From contig JBGAQA010000025.1 in assembly GCA_044220955.1 (NCBI GenBank), positions 19,762-83,761 of the forward strand: a stretch of DNA of 64,000 nt. Direction: 5' to 3'. Source of the stretch: Sandaracinaceae bacterium. GTDB taxonomy: Bacteria; Myxococcota_A; Polyangia; Polyangiales; Sandaracinaceae. Position numbers and translations under genes: made by a program. Positions 21,094 to 30,025 of the stretch are shown here, one piece after another. Each line of letters opens with the position of its first letter. Position 1 is the stretch's first letter. A model generated the notes under the pieces. That model was not told the DNA's origin. It searched no databases and was given only the letters and a program-made list of their open reading frames with translations.

Positions 21094-22239
21094 ATGTCCC
21101 GGCCGCTGGGCGAGTACGTGGAGGACAGCAGCGTCGGAGTGCCCTCCGGAACGCTCGTGGCAGAGCGCTATCGCGTCCAGCGCCCACTGACCGAGGGCGG
21201 CATGGCCACCGTCTACGTCGCCGAGGACACGACGGCGCCCGGCAAGCTCTGCGCGCTGAAGATCATGGCCCCGCGCCTCTTGCGGGACGAGAAGAGCCGC
21301 GAGCGCTTCGAGCAGGAGGCGATGATCGGGACGACGCTGCGCCATCCGCACATCGTGAGCGTGCTCGGCGCGGGAGTGGACGAGGCGCTCGAGTCGCCGT
21401 GGATCGCGATGGAGCTGCTCGAGGGCGGCACGATCAGCGAGGTGCTCAAGAAGCGCGGGGCGCTCCCGCTCGAGGAGGTGCGCCAGCTCTTCCTCGGCTT
21501 CGGGGCCGCGATGGCGGCGGCGCACTCGCGCGGCGTGGTGCACCGTGACCTCAAGCCGGAGAACGTGTTCCTGCAGTCGGAGCCGAGCGACGGCCTGCCG
21601 TACACCCTCAAGGTTCTCGACTTCGGCATCGCCAAGGTGAAGAAGGACGTGACGATGAAGAACTCGCAGCTGATCGGGTCGCCGCTCTGGATGGCGCCCG
21701 AGCAGCTCGCCGCGGGGACGAACATCGGTCCCTTCACGGACGTGTGGCCCTTCGGGCTGCTCGCGTTCTTCGCGCTCACGGGCAAGCCCTACTGGCTGGT
21801 CGCGAACGAAGCGAGCATGAACTTGCCCAAGCTGCTCAGCGAGATCATGGCGGCCGATCTGGCGGCGCCCACCGAGCGCGCCAGGGCGCTCGGCGCGCCG
21901 GTGACCTGGCCCTCGCCCTTCGACGGCTGGTTCCTCCGCTGCGTCGCGCGCGACCAGAGCGCGCGCTTCGCGACCGTGGGCGATGCCGCCGCTGCGCTGG
22001 ACGTGGCCCTCGGGGGCCGTGGGGCATCGCTCGTCCCGCCGGAGCCCGCCTCGCCGAAGCCCGCGCCGGCCGACGCCCCGGCGGACCCGCCCGCCGCCGC
22101 ACCCGAGACCGTGCCGGTGCTCGTCCACGGCCCGGTCGCGGTGCCCCCGCGACCCGTCTCGCGCGCCCCCTACGCGCTGGCGGCGGGGGCGCTGGTGCTG
22201 CTCGCGGCCGCGCTGGCCGCGTGGCTGCGATTCAACTGA
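21094..22239 (+). CDS. Hanks-type Ser/Thr protein kinase with C-terminal membrane anchor
   Basis: GGMATVY, ALKIM, HRDLKPEN, DFG, MAPE and DVW motifs; Pro-rich linker; terminal hydrophobic helix. Confidence 0.93.
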   Translation: MSRPLGEYVEDSSVGVPSGTLVAERYRVQRPLTEGGMATVYVAEDTTAPGKLCALKIMAPRLLRDEKSRERFEQEAMIGTTLRHPHIVSVLGAGVDEALESPWIAMELLEGGTISEVLKKRGALPLEEVRQLFLGFGAAMAAAHSRGVVHRDLKPENVFLQSEPSDGLPYTLKVLDFGIAKVKKDVTMKNSQLIGSPLWMAPEQLAAGTNIGPFTDVWPFGLLAFFALTGKPYWLVANEASMNLPKLLSEIMAADLAAPTERARALGAPVTWPSPFDGWFLRCVARDQSARFATVGDAAAALDVALGGRGASLVPPEPASPKPAPADAPADPPAAAPETVPVLVHGPVAVPPRPVSRAPYALAAGALVLLAAALAAWLRFN

Positions 22240-22242
22240 CGC

Positions 22243-23451
22243 TCACCCGATCACCAGCGGCGCGTCCTGTCCGCGATCGAGAACCTCGCAGCCGCGAGCG
22301 GTCGCCAGCAGGACCGCGTGGGCGCGCATGCCGAAGCTCTCGTCGTAGAGTCCGGGGTGGACCGACCACGCGTGACCCGCCAGGGCGGCCCGCGTATCCG
22401 AGATCTCGAGCCCGTCGAACGTGCATGCCTCGCCCGAGAAGGGAACCGTGCCGACGTGGCTGCCGGTGCGGTGTCGGATCCCTGCCGAGCGCTCCAGCCT
22501 CGCGGCCTCCAGCTGCGCCACCTCGTCCACCTCGTAGCCGAGCAGGCGCTCGCCCTTGCCGAGGCGTGTCTGCACGATCGCGACGGCGGCGTCTCGTAGG
22601 CGCGCCGTCTCGCGGAGCATCCGCTCGGCGATCTTCGACTCGCCACGGGAGAGGACCACGCCCAGGTGCGCGCAAGGTCCCGCGCCCTCGCGCGCGAAGA
22701 GGTCCACGAGCACGTGCTCCCGCTCGCCGACGGGGCGCTTGGAGTGCTCGCGCGGCCACGAACGCGTGGCGGCGCCCGCGGCGACCATCGGCGGCTCGAC
22801 CACCACGAGCCCGGCCGCCTCGATCCGCGTCGTCGCCGCGCGCGCGACGTCCTCGGGGGTGAAGCCGGCGCGGAGCTCGGCCACCAGCGCGCTCCGGACG
22901 TCGGCCAGAGAGCTCACGGTCCTGCGCAGCGCCGAGATCTCCGCGTCGCGCAGCGTCCCGACGAACGCGTTCGCGAGATCGATCGAGGACACGACCTTGC
23001 TGCCGTAGCTCTCCACGAGCCCGACGGTCCCCGCCTCGACGCGCGCGACCTCCGGGCTCGCCGCGATCGTCGCGTGCTCCATCGCGACGGTCCCACGCGT
23101 GGGAAGCGTCCTCTCCAGCGCGCGGCGCAGCTCCGCCCAGCTCGCGTAAGAGAGCTGCTCGCCGGGCAGCTCGGGGACGGTGTCGATCTCCAGCGCGTGC
23201 GCGATCACGACGGGCATTCCGTCCGACGGGAGCCAGTAGAAGAGGCGCCGGAGCGGCGGCATGCGCCCCGTCTCCGGTCCGAGGCCCAGGGCGCGCAGCG
23301 CGATGCGGTTCTGCCCACGGTGGTCCGAGAGGAGCCACCCCTCGAGCTTCCTCTCGCGCATGGCGAGCTGGATCTCGCCGAGCCGCTCGCTCACGAGCGA
23401 GACGTGAGGCATGGCGCTGACGCGCCCGTCGCCGCCCGGGAGCGGGCTCAT
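22243..23451 (-). CDS. M24 (Xaa-Pro aminopeptidase)-fold protein with atypical metal ligands
   Basis: EGWLLSDHRGQN, RRLFYWLP, HRTGSHVG and SVHPGLY resemble M24 peptidases; ATGA overlap with the acyltransferase (alternative start 23412). Confidence 0.75.
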   Translation of the reverse strand: MSPLPGGDGRVSAMPHVSLVSERLGEIQLAMRERKLEGWLLSDHRGQNRIALRALGLGPETGRMPPLRRLFYWLPSDGMPVVIAHALEIDTVPELPGEQLSYASWAELRRALERTLPTRGTVAMEHATIAASPEVARVEAGTVGLVESYGSKVVSSIDLANAFVGTLRDAEISALRRTVSSLADVRSALVAELRAGFTPEDVARAATTRIEAAGLVVVEPPMVAAGAATRSWPREHSKRPVGEREHVLVDLFAREGAGPCAHLGVVLSRGESKIAERMLRETARLRDAAVAIVQTRLGKGERLLGYEVDEVAQLEAARLERSAGIRHRTGSHVGTVPFSGEACTFDGLEISDTRAALAGHAWSVHPGLYDESFGMRAHAVLLATARGCEVLDRGQDAPLVIG

Positions 23452-24239
23452 CGGCTCTGCGCCGCCGTTCGGGCCTCGTCCACCATCGCCTGGACGCGCG
23501 CGCGGATCACCTCGTCGGCGCCGTCCTTCTGGGGCGGAAAGGGCTCGGGCTCGCCGATCGCGATCCACACGGGGTTGCGGCGGCGAGAGAGGAAACGCTT
23601 GGCGTGCGAGCCGAGGCTCTCGTCCACGTACTCGGTGCCCGGCGGATAGGCGAGACCGACCGGCAGCACGTCGAGATCCACGCCCTTGGCCGCGAGGAAC
23701 GCGCCACCCTTGAACGGGCGCACCTCGTCGCCCCCGTAGGTGGTGCCCTCGGGGAAGATGATGATCGACTGCTTGTCCTCGAGGGCGCGCCGCATCGCGC
23801 GGATCGCCTGCGCCCCGCTCCTGCGGTCGTCTCGGTCGACGAAGATGGTGCCCATGCGTATGGCCGCCGTGCCGACCACGGGCGCCGTGCGCGTCTTGTG
23901 GTTGGCCAGGAAGTGGCCGTCGAAGAGCCACATGAGCGCGACGATGTCGAGCGGAGTCCGATGGTTCGACACGATGAGCCGCGCGCGTGGCGAGTGCCTC
24001 GATGGCCTCGCACCCCGGACGAGGTGCAGATCCACGCCGAGGACGACGCGCGACACGATCGCCCACGCGTGCTTGGCGCGGTCGATGATCACCCGCCGGT
24101 CGCCTCGCCAGAACAACGCCCGCACGGCCTCCCAGCTCACGATGATGGGCGTCCAGAGCGCCATCGTGATCAGCCGGAGCGTGCGCCGGACGGCCGCGAG
24201 CACGCCCCTCGACTCGATCGCGCGCGCCTCGTCCGCCAT
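23448..24239 (-). CDS. Lysophospholipid/1-acyl-sn-glycerol-3-phosphate acyltransferase (PlsC family)
   Basis: NHRTPLD (NHxxxxD), FVDR and FPEGT motifs. Confidence 0.92.
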   Translation of the reverse strand: MADEARAIESRGVLAAVRRTLRLITMALWTPIIVSWEAVRALFWRGDRRVIIDRAKHAWAIVSRVVLGVDLHLVRGARPSRHSPRARLIVSNHRTPLDIVALMWLFDGHFLANHKTRTAPVVGTAAIRMGTIFVDRDDRRSGAQAIRAMRRALEDKQSIIIFPEGTTYGGDEVRPFKGGAFLAAKGVDLDVLPVGLAYPPGTEYVDESLGSHAKRFLSRRRNPVWIAIGEPEPFPPQKDGADEVIRARVQAMVDEARTAAQSR

Positions 24240-24345
24240 CGGCGGCGACTCTCGCGCGACGCGTCCTGCCTTTCAAGGTCCGTTCGGGCTTGTGGACTTC
24301 GACGCGCACGGCGATGATTCGCGCGGTCTTGCCGGGGAGGCGATC

Positions 24346-24951
24346 GTGGCCACGAAGAAGCCCAAGGCGCGCGCGGCGGCGCCCAAGAAGACGAGGAAGC
24401 GGACGACGGCGGCGTCGAAGCGGAAGGCGCCCGCGGCGAAGAAGGCCCTGGCGCGCAAGGTGCCCGCCCCGTCGAAGCGCAAGCGCCAGGCCGTTCGACC
24501 GAAGAAGGCGGCGGTGAAGACCGCGGCGAGGGCGCGCCGACCTCGCGCGCCCAGGACCCGGACCCGCGAGTCGATGACCCTCGAGACGACGCTCCTGGCG
24601 TCACCCGAGCGCGTCTACGCGGCGTGGATCGACAGCGGTGAGCACTCGGAGTTCACCGGCGGCGAGGCGATCATCGACGCTCGCGAGGGCGGCAAGCACA
24701 GCGCCTGGAGCGGCTACATCGAGGGCCGCTTCATCACGCTCGAGCCAGGCAAGCGACTCGTCATGTCATGGCGCACGACCGAGTTCGACGAGAGCGACCC
24801 CGACTCGCACGTCGAGCTGCGCTTTCTGCCCGACGGGGGCGGGACACGCCTCGAGCTCGTGCACACCGAGCTGCCTCCGGGCGGCGAGCAGAAGTACACC
24901 ACGGGCTGGCGCGAGTTCTACTTCGTGCCCATGCGGAAGTACTTCGGCTGA
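24346..24951 (+). CDS. SRPBCC/Aha1-like domain protein with Lys/Arg/Ala-rich N-terminal extension
   Basis: GGAGG RBS before GTG; ATKKPKARAAAPKK... tail; ASPERVYAAW, GGKHSAW, LVMSWR and GWREFYF motifs. Confidence 0.85.
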   Translation: MATKKPKARAAAPKKTRKRTTAASKRKAPAAKKALARKVPAPSKRKRQAVRPKKAAVKTAARARRPRAPRTRTRESMTLETTLLASPERVYAAWIDSGEHSEFTGGEAIIDAREGGKHSAWSGYIEGRFITLEPGKRLVMSWRTTEFDESDPDSHVELRFLPDGGGTRLELVHTELPPGGEQKYTTGWREFYFVPMRKYFG

Positions 24952-24952
24952 A

Positions 24953-25053
24953 GCGTCGGGGCTCGGCCCAGCACGCCAGAGCCAGCGGTTCGCGCGCCTC
25001 GTCCCTGCCGAAGCCAGGCCAGCGTGGTCGCATCGCGTCCGAGCCGCCGACGC
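24953..25053. other. Inverted-repeat-bounded structured intergenic element between convergent genes
   Basis: GCGTCGGGGCTCGG (24953-24966) pairs with CCGAGCCGCCGACGC (25039-25053) with one bulge; inner CACGC/GCGTG pairing. Confidence 0.45.
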
Positions 25054-25062
25054 CTCCGTCGC

Positions 25063-25755
25063 TCAGATGGTGATGCCAGGTGCCTGCGCGGGGCTCGACT
25101 CGCGGATCGCGCGCTCGAGGGCCGCCTGGTCGAAGCCGCGGATGATCGTCCCGCGGAAGTCGATGATGGGGATGCTCCCCGTCGGGATCCCGGCCTGGCT
25201 CGCCACGCGCTGCATCTCCTCGCGCGCGCCCGGGTCGTGCTCGATGTCACGCTCGACGAAGGCAATCCCGCGCGCGCGGAGAAACGCCTGTGCCTCGTGG
25301 CACGCGCCGCACCACTCGGCCCCGTAGATCACGACGTCGCCGCCTCCGGCATGCGAGCCCTCCGCATGGGCGCTCGCGACGTACGTCGTCACGTGCTCCT
25401 CGAACGTGTCCCGTGGCAGCCGCCGGACCGTGTACGCGCCGTGCTCGTCCGCGGTGCGCAGGTCGGCGATGTAGACGTGGTCCGGGTCGCGGTCCTCGGG
25501 CGCGACCTCGAGCGAGTCGACCCGCACCTCGGCGCGCCGCTCCGGCGGTACCTCCGCGCGGCTGGCGGCGACGTGCGGCCCTTCCTCGTCGTACCAGGTG
25601 AGGACGAGGCCCTCGGCCGCGCCGCTCACCTCGAAGGGGGGCGTCGCCACCTCGCCCAGCTCTTCGGAGCGCGACTCGTTGCCCGACGAAGCAGCGTCGC
25701 CGCCGCCGCCGCACGCGGCGATCGCCACGAAGAGGCCTGCCATCATCCAGCGCAT
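25063..25755 (-). CDS. Lipoprotein with C-terminal glutaredoxin (NrdH-like) domain
   Basis: IAACGGG lipobox; YGAEWCGACH, SIPII and IRGF motifs. Confidence 0.85.
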   Translation of the reverse strand: MRWMMAGLFVAIAACGGGGDAASSGNESRSEELGEVATPPFEVSGAAEGLVLTWYDEEGPHVAASRAEVPPERRAEVRVDSLEVAPEDRDPDHVYIADLRTADEHGAYTVRRLPRDTFEEHVTTYVASAHAEGSHAGGGDVVIYGAEWCGACHEAQAFLRARGIAFVERDIEHDPGAREEMQRVASQAGIPTGSIPIIDFRGTIIRGFDQAALERAIRESSPAQAPGITI

Positions 25756-25865
25756 CGCCACGAAATGTGGTGCGTCCGCGGCCGCCGTCAACCGATCGGC
25801 GCCGATCGCCACGCCTCGGGATCGGCCTTGCGCCCCATGCCCGGTGCAAGTCATGGTCGCGGCCG

Positions 25866-26618
25866 GTGCGCGCGAACGTCGATCTCTGCGGCTGCTTCCC
25901 GACCGGGCGTCACTACCCGGGGATCGCCGATCGGCTCCGCGCCGGGCAGCGCGTCGTGGGCCTCGCGCGCGGCTTCGCGGCCGACACCGTGTGGGCGCGC
26001 GCGGCGTTCGTCGTCATCGACTTCGAGACGACGGGCCTCGATCCCGAGGCGGACCGCGTGCTCGAGATCGGGCTCGCGGCGTTCGAGGACGGCGCGCTGG
26101 TCGTCTCCAAGAACTGGCTCGTGAACCCGACGGTCCCGGTCCCGGCCGAGTCGATGGCCGTGCACGGCATCACCGACGAGATGCTCCGGACCGCGCCGCG
26201 CTTCGCCGAGGTCTTCCCCGAGGTGCGCGAGATGCTCGAGGGGCGCATCCCCGTCGCCTACAACCACGGGTTCGACAGCCGCTTCCTCTGGGCCGAGCAA
26301 CGCCGCGCAGGCCTGCCCACGCGGGGCGACGACCTGCCGCCCGCTTGCAGCGACGACGTGGTGTGGGTCGACCCGCTGGTGTGGGCGAGAGAGATCCAGA
26401 GGTCGGAGAAGGGCTTCAAGCTCGTCGACGTGGCCGCGCGCGTCGGTGTCTCGCTCGAGACCGCGCACCGGGCCGCGTTCGACGCCGAGGCGACCGGCCG
26501 CGTGCTGCTCGCGCTCGCGCCCTCGATGCCCGAGCGCTACGGCGATCTGCTCCGCGTGCAGCCGCGCTACGCCGCGACGCAGGACGTGGAGAACGCCGGC
26601 TGGCGCATGAAGCGCTGA
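25866..26618 (+). CDS. DEDDh 3'-5' exonuclease (DnaQ/PolC-like)
   Basis: IDFETTG, YNHGFD and HRAAFDA Exo I-III motifs. Start uncertain. Confidence 0.92.
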   Translation: MRANVDLCGCFPTGRHYPGIADRLRAGQRVVGLARGFAADTVWARAAFVVIDFETTGLDPEADRVLEIGLAAFEDGALVVSKNWLVNPTVPVPAESMAVHGITDEMLRTAPRFAEVFPEVREMLEGRIPVAYNHGFDSRFLWAEQRRAGLPTRGDDLPPACSDDVVWVDPLVWAREIQRSEKGFKLVDVAARVGVSLETAHRAAFDAEATGRVLLALAPSMPERYGDLLRVQPRYAATQDVENAGWRMKR

Positions 26619-26621
26619 TTC

Positions 26622-26657
26622 TCGAGGGGCCCTGCGCGGCCTGCGCGGGCCCCTCGA
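26622..26657. terminator. GC-rich hairpin, probable bidirectional terminator
   Basis: TCGAGGGGCCC/GGGCCCCTCGA 11-bp perfect arms plus inner GCGC pairing, between convergent genes; no U-tract. Confidence 0.6.
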
Positions 26658-26690
26658 CGCGCCGGCGCAGCCGGACCCTCGTCGCGCGTG

Positions 26691-27785
26691 TCAGGGCAGC
26701 TGCGGCGCGGCGAAGACCCACACGCCGGCGTTGTAGACGGTGTGGCGCCACGACGATCGCGCCGGGGCCGTCGCGTAGGCGAAGGGGCCGAACGACGCGA
26801 TGGGGAGCGTCGCGATCGGGACGAAGCACCAGCCGTCGTCCTCGACCTGCACCTGACCCGCCGAGAAGAACGCGGTGTAGGGCCCGCTCGCCGCGGTGGC
26901 GCTGGGGCAGACGGGCCGCGGATCGAGCCCCCACGTCCCGGTCACGTCGAGGTACGCGGTCAAGAGACCCACGGGCGGTGTCCAGCTTCGCGGGTTGGTG
27001 TCCGGCAGGGTCGCGGGAGCCAGCGTGAAGCGAAGCAACGACGGCGCCGAGAGGTCGATCGCGTACGAGAACGCGCGCGTGGAGGTCGCGGCGATCAGTC
27101 CCTCGCTCGTGGGCGAGCCCCCCGCGTGCCCGGCGGGGATCGTCAGCGCGGCGATGATCACCTCGTCCGTGAGCTCGGGCAGGATGCTCGCGCGCGCGCC
27201 CGTGCCCATCCACGTGCGATCGTCGAGGTTGAGCACGTGGTACGTGCTGGACGTGAGGAAGTACGCGCGGCGCAGCGACTCGACGTCGAACACGGTCTGG
27301 ATCGGCGCGGTGGGCGCGGCCGTGCTCTGGCAGTCGAGGTCGTAGCTCCGCCAGGTCGTCCCGCCCGCGTTGACGAACGACGCGATGAACGAGCCCTCGT
27401 CGACGCGACCATCGCAGTCCTGGTCGACGCCGTCGCAGAGCTCGGTGGCGGTCGGATGGACCGCGGCGCGCGCGTCGTCGCAGTCGGTTCCACCGCAGGA
27501 GATCGCCTGGTAGTGGTCACCGTCCGCGTCCGCGCAACCGGACGCGTCGGGCGCGACGAACGCATCGTGGCCCACGTCGAGCGTGGGCGTCGCGTCCAGC
27601 GGCGGGTCCGCGGCGTCGTCCGGGCTCGCGGCGTCCGCGCCGCCGTCCCCCGCGCCCGTGTCGAGGCAGACCGGGCGGGCGCAGCGGGGCTCGCCGCAGC
27701 GACACCCGACCTGCTCGCCGTTCGCGCACGAGGCCGAGGTCAGGGCGGCCAGCAGGCAAGCGACGAGGAGCGGGCGCGCGAGCAT
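26691..27785 (-). CDS. Secreted/lipoprotein with one MopE-related (putative metal-binding) motif
   Basis: Signal peptide ending SASC; DADGDHY...DCDDARAAVHPTATELCDGVDQDCDGRVDE. Confidence 0.8.
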   Translation of the reverse strand: MLARPLLVACLLAALTSASCANGEQVGCRCGEPRCARPVCLDTGAGDGGADAASPDDAADPPLDATPTLDVGHDAFVAPDASGCADADGDHYQAISCGGTDCDDARAAVHPTATELCDGVDQDCDGRVDEGSFIASFVNAGGTTWRSYDLDCQSTAAPTAPIQTVFDVESLRRAYFLTSSTYHVLNLDDRTWMGTGARASILPELTDEVIIAALTIPAGHAGGSPTSEGLIAATSTRAFSYAIDLSAPSLLRFTLAPATLPDTNPRSWTPPVGLLTAYLDVTGTWGLDPRPVCPSATAASGPYTAFFSAGQVQVEDDGWCFVPIATLPIASFGPFAYATAPARSSWRHTVYNAGVWVFAAPQLP

Positions 27786-27857
27786 GTCGTGATGATTGCA
27801 CGCGCTCGGAGCAGGCGCCGCGTTGAAGGTGCGACCAGCCGTCGTAGAATCGCCCCG

Positions 27858-28238
27858 GTGGCGGGAGCAGAGCGGTTCGAGGTCGAGTCCACCTCCGGCG
27901 CGGAGCAGGACCGGGTCGTGCGCCTTCGCGTACCCGAGGGCTCGCGCTTCTTCGAGGGCCACTTCGAGGGGCGGCCCATGCTGCCGGGCGTCGCGCAGGT
28001 CGTCGCGATGGCGCACCGCGAGGCAGAGCGTGTCTTCGGTCCGCTCGGCGTGCCGCGCCGGATGAGCCGGATGAAGTTCACGGAGGTGATCCTGCCCGGG
28101 GACGCGCTCTCGCTCTCGCTGAGCCGCGACCGAGCGGGGACCGAGAGCCTCGTGCGCTTTCGCATCGAGCGCCTGCTGCCGGAGGGGCCGCGCGTGGCGA
28201 GCACCGGAACCATCGCGTACGGAATCGACGAGACATGA
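27858..28238 (+). CDS. 3-hydroxyacyl-ACP dehydratase (FabZ/ApeI-like hot-dog fold)
   Basis: FFEGHFEGRPMLPGVAQV and KFTEVILPG; ATGA overlap with the halogenase. Confidence 0.85.
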   Translation: MAGAERFEVESTSGAEQDRVVRLRVPEGSRFFEGHFEGRPMLPGVAQVVAMAHREAERVFGPLGVPRRMSRMKFTEVILPGDALSLSLSRDRAGTESLVRFRIERLLPEGPRVASTGTIAYGIDET

Positions 28239-30025
28239 CCAGCTACGATCACGACGTCGTCATCCTCGGCGGAGGCCTGGCCGGGCTGACGCTGGCCCGG
28301 CAGCTACGCCGCGAGCTCCCGGCAGCGCGCGTTCTCGTCGTCGAGCGCCAGAGGCGGCCTCTGCCCGACGCGGCCCACAAGGTCGGCGAGTCGTCGGTCG
28401 AGCTCAGCTCGCACTACTTCGGCGTTCGCCTCGGCCTCGGCGAGTACCTGCGCAAGACGCACTTCATCAAGAACGGCCTGCGCTTCTTCCCGGGCGGCGG
28501 GCACACCCACCCGCTAGAAGCACGTACGGAGATCGGCCCGCCCGAGCTCGCGAAGGTGCCCTCGTTCCAGCTCGATCGGGGCCGGCTCGAGAGCGACCTG
28601 CGCGCGATGATCGTCGAGGACGGCGCGGCCCTGCTCGAGGGCTGGTCGGTGAAGGACGTCGCCCTCGACGGCGAGAACGGCCACACCGTGACGCTCGCCA
28701 CGCTCTCCGGCGAAGAGGAGAAGACGATCCGCGCGCGCTGGGTCGTCGACGCCAGCGGACGCCGCGCGATCCTCCGCACCAAGCTCGGATTGACCGTGCC
28801 GAGCGGCCACCTCGCGAACGCCGCGTGGTGGCGGGTGCCCGGCAAGGTCGACGTGAAGGATCTCGTGCCCGAGTCCGAGCACGCCTGGCACGCCCGCGAC
28901 CCGGAGCACATCCGCTGGTACTCGACGACGCACTTCATGGGCGAGGGGTACTGGTTCTGGTACATCCCGCTCGGCACCGGGCACATGTCGCTCGGCATCG
29001 TCGTGCACGACTCGGTGCATCCCTTCGACACGATCCGCACCTACGAGCGGTCGATGGAGTGGGTGAAGAAGCACGAGCCGCGCTGCTACGAGCAGATCAA
29101 GGATCTGCCCGTCGAGGACTTCCTCTGCCTGCGCCACTACTCGCACGGGAGCACGCGCTGCTTCTCGAGCGATCGCTGGGCGCTCGTGGGCGAGGCCGGC
29201 GTGTTCGCCGACCCGTTCTACTCGCCCGGCTCGGACTTCATCGCCATCGCCAACTCGCTCACCACCGAGCTGATCCGGGACGAGCTCGCGGGGCGCCGCA
29301 TCGCGACGCGCGTCGAGGCCTTCGACCGCTTCTACCTGCGCTTCTTCGACGTGGCGACCGAGACGTACCGCAAGGCGGCCAAGGTGTACGGCAGCCCGAA
29401 GGTGCTCCCGGCGAAGATCTACTGGGACGACTTCAACTACTGGTCGTTCGTCTGCCAGTGGTTCTTCCAGAAGATCTACGCGCTCCCGGAGGCCGAATTC
29501 GCGCGCTTCGAGCCGGTCGCCATCGGCTTCGCGAAGCTGCACTTCCGCGCGCAGAAGGTCGTGAGCGAGTGGGCGGCGCGCGTGAGCGACGAGACCGACG
29601 GGCAGGCGGTGTACCTGCCGCCGATCCCGTCGATCCTCGCGAACCTGCACCTCGACCTCGACAAGTCGATGACGCCCTCGGAGACCGAGGCGTACATGAC
29701 CGACAAGCTCGCGCTGGCCGAGGAGCTCGTGAACGAGATCTTGCTCCGCGCGCTGCTCGCCGTCGGGCCCGACGCGGGCGTCGAGCTCGCGAAGGCCGTG
29801 GACCTCGCCTCCTGGCGCTCACCCATCTCTCGCGCACGCCTCGAGGCGGAGAACGCCGAGGGTGGCGCGCGACGAAGGCAGCTCTCGCCCATCGCGCGCG
29901 ACTTCGAGCGCTGCCTGGGACGCGCCAAGCGCCACCCCGACGTCACCTCGCTCGCAGCGTTGGTGGACCACGTCTCGCGCGCGCTCGGGATGCCCGGCGA
30001 GAGCGCCGTCGCGGCGGTGATGTGA
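28235..30025 (+). CDS. Flavin-dependent halogenase-family protein
   Basis: GGGLAG FAD motif, KVGES, KNGLRFF, LDRGRLE, DASGR, WFWYIP (WxWxIP) and DPFYSPG. Confidence 0.88.
   Translation: MTSYDHDVVILGGGLAGLTLARQLRRELPAARVLVVERQRRPLPDAAHKVGESSVELSSHYFGVRLGLGEYLRKTHFIKNGLRFFPGGGHTHPLEARTEIGPPELAKVPSFQLDRGRLESDLRAMIVEDGAALLEGWSVKDVALDGENGHTVTLATLSGEEEKTIRARWVVDASGRRAILRTKLGLTVPSGHLANAAWWRVPGKVDVKDLVPESEHAWHARDPEHIRWYSTTHFMGEGYWFWYIPLGTGHMSLGIVVHDSVHPFDTIRTYERSMEWVKKHEPRCYEQIKDLPVEDFLCLRHYSHGSTRCFSSDRWALVGEAGVFADPFYSPGSDFIAIANSLTTELIRDELAGRRIATRVEAFDRFYLRFFDVATETYRKAAKVYGSPKVLPAKIYWDDFNYWSFVCQWFFQKIYALPEAEFARFEPVAIGFAKLHFRAQKVVSEWAARVSDETDGQAVYLPPIPSILANLHLDLDKSMTPSETEAYMTDKLALAEELVNEILLRALLAVGPDAGVELAKAVDLASWRSPISRARLEAENAEGGARRRQLSPIARDFERCLGRAKRHPDVTSLAALVDHVSRALGMPGESAVAAVM

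Noticed and set aside
23448..24239. Acyltransferase as a member of the aryl-polyene-like system
   Set aside because: Ordinary PlsC-family motifs and no physical linkage to the KS/CLF or dehydratase.
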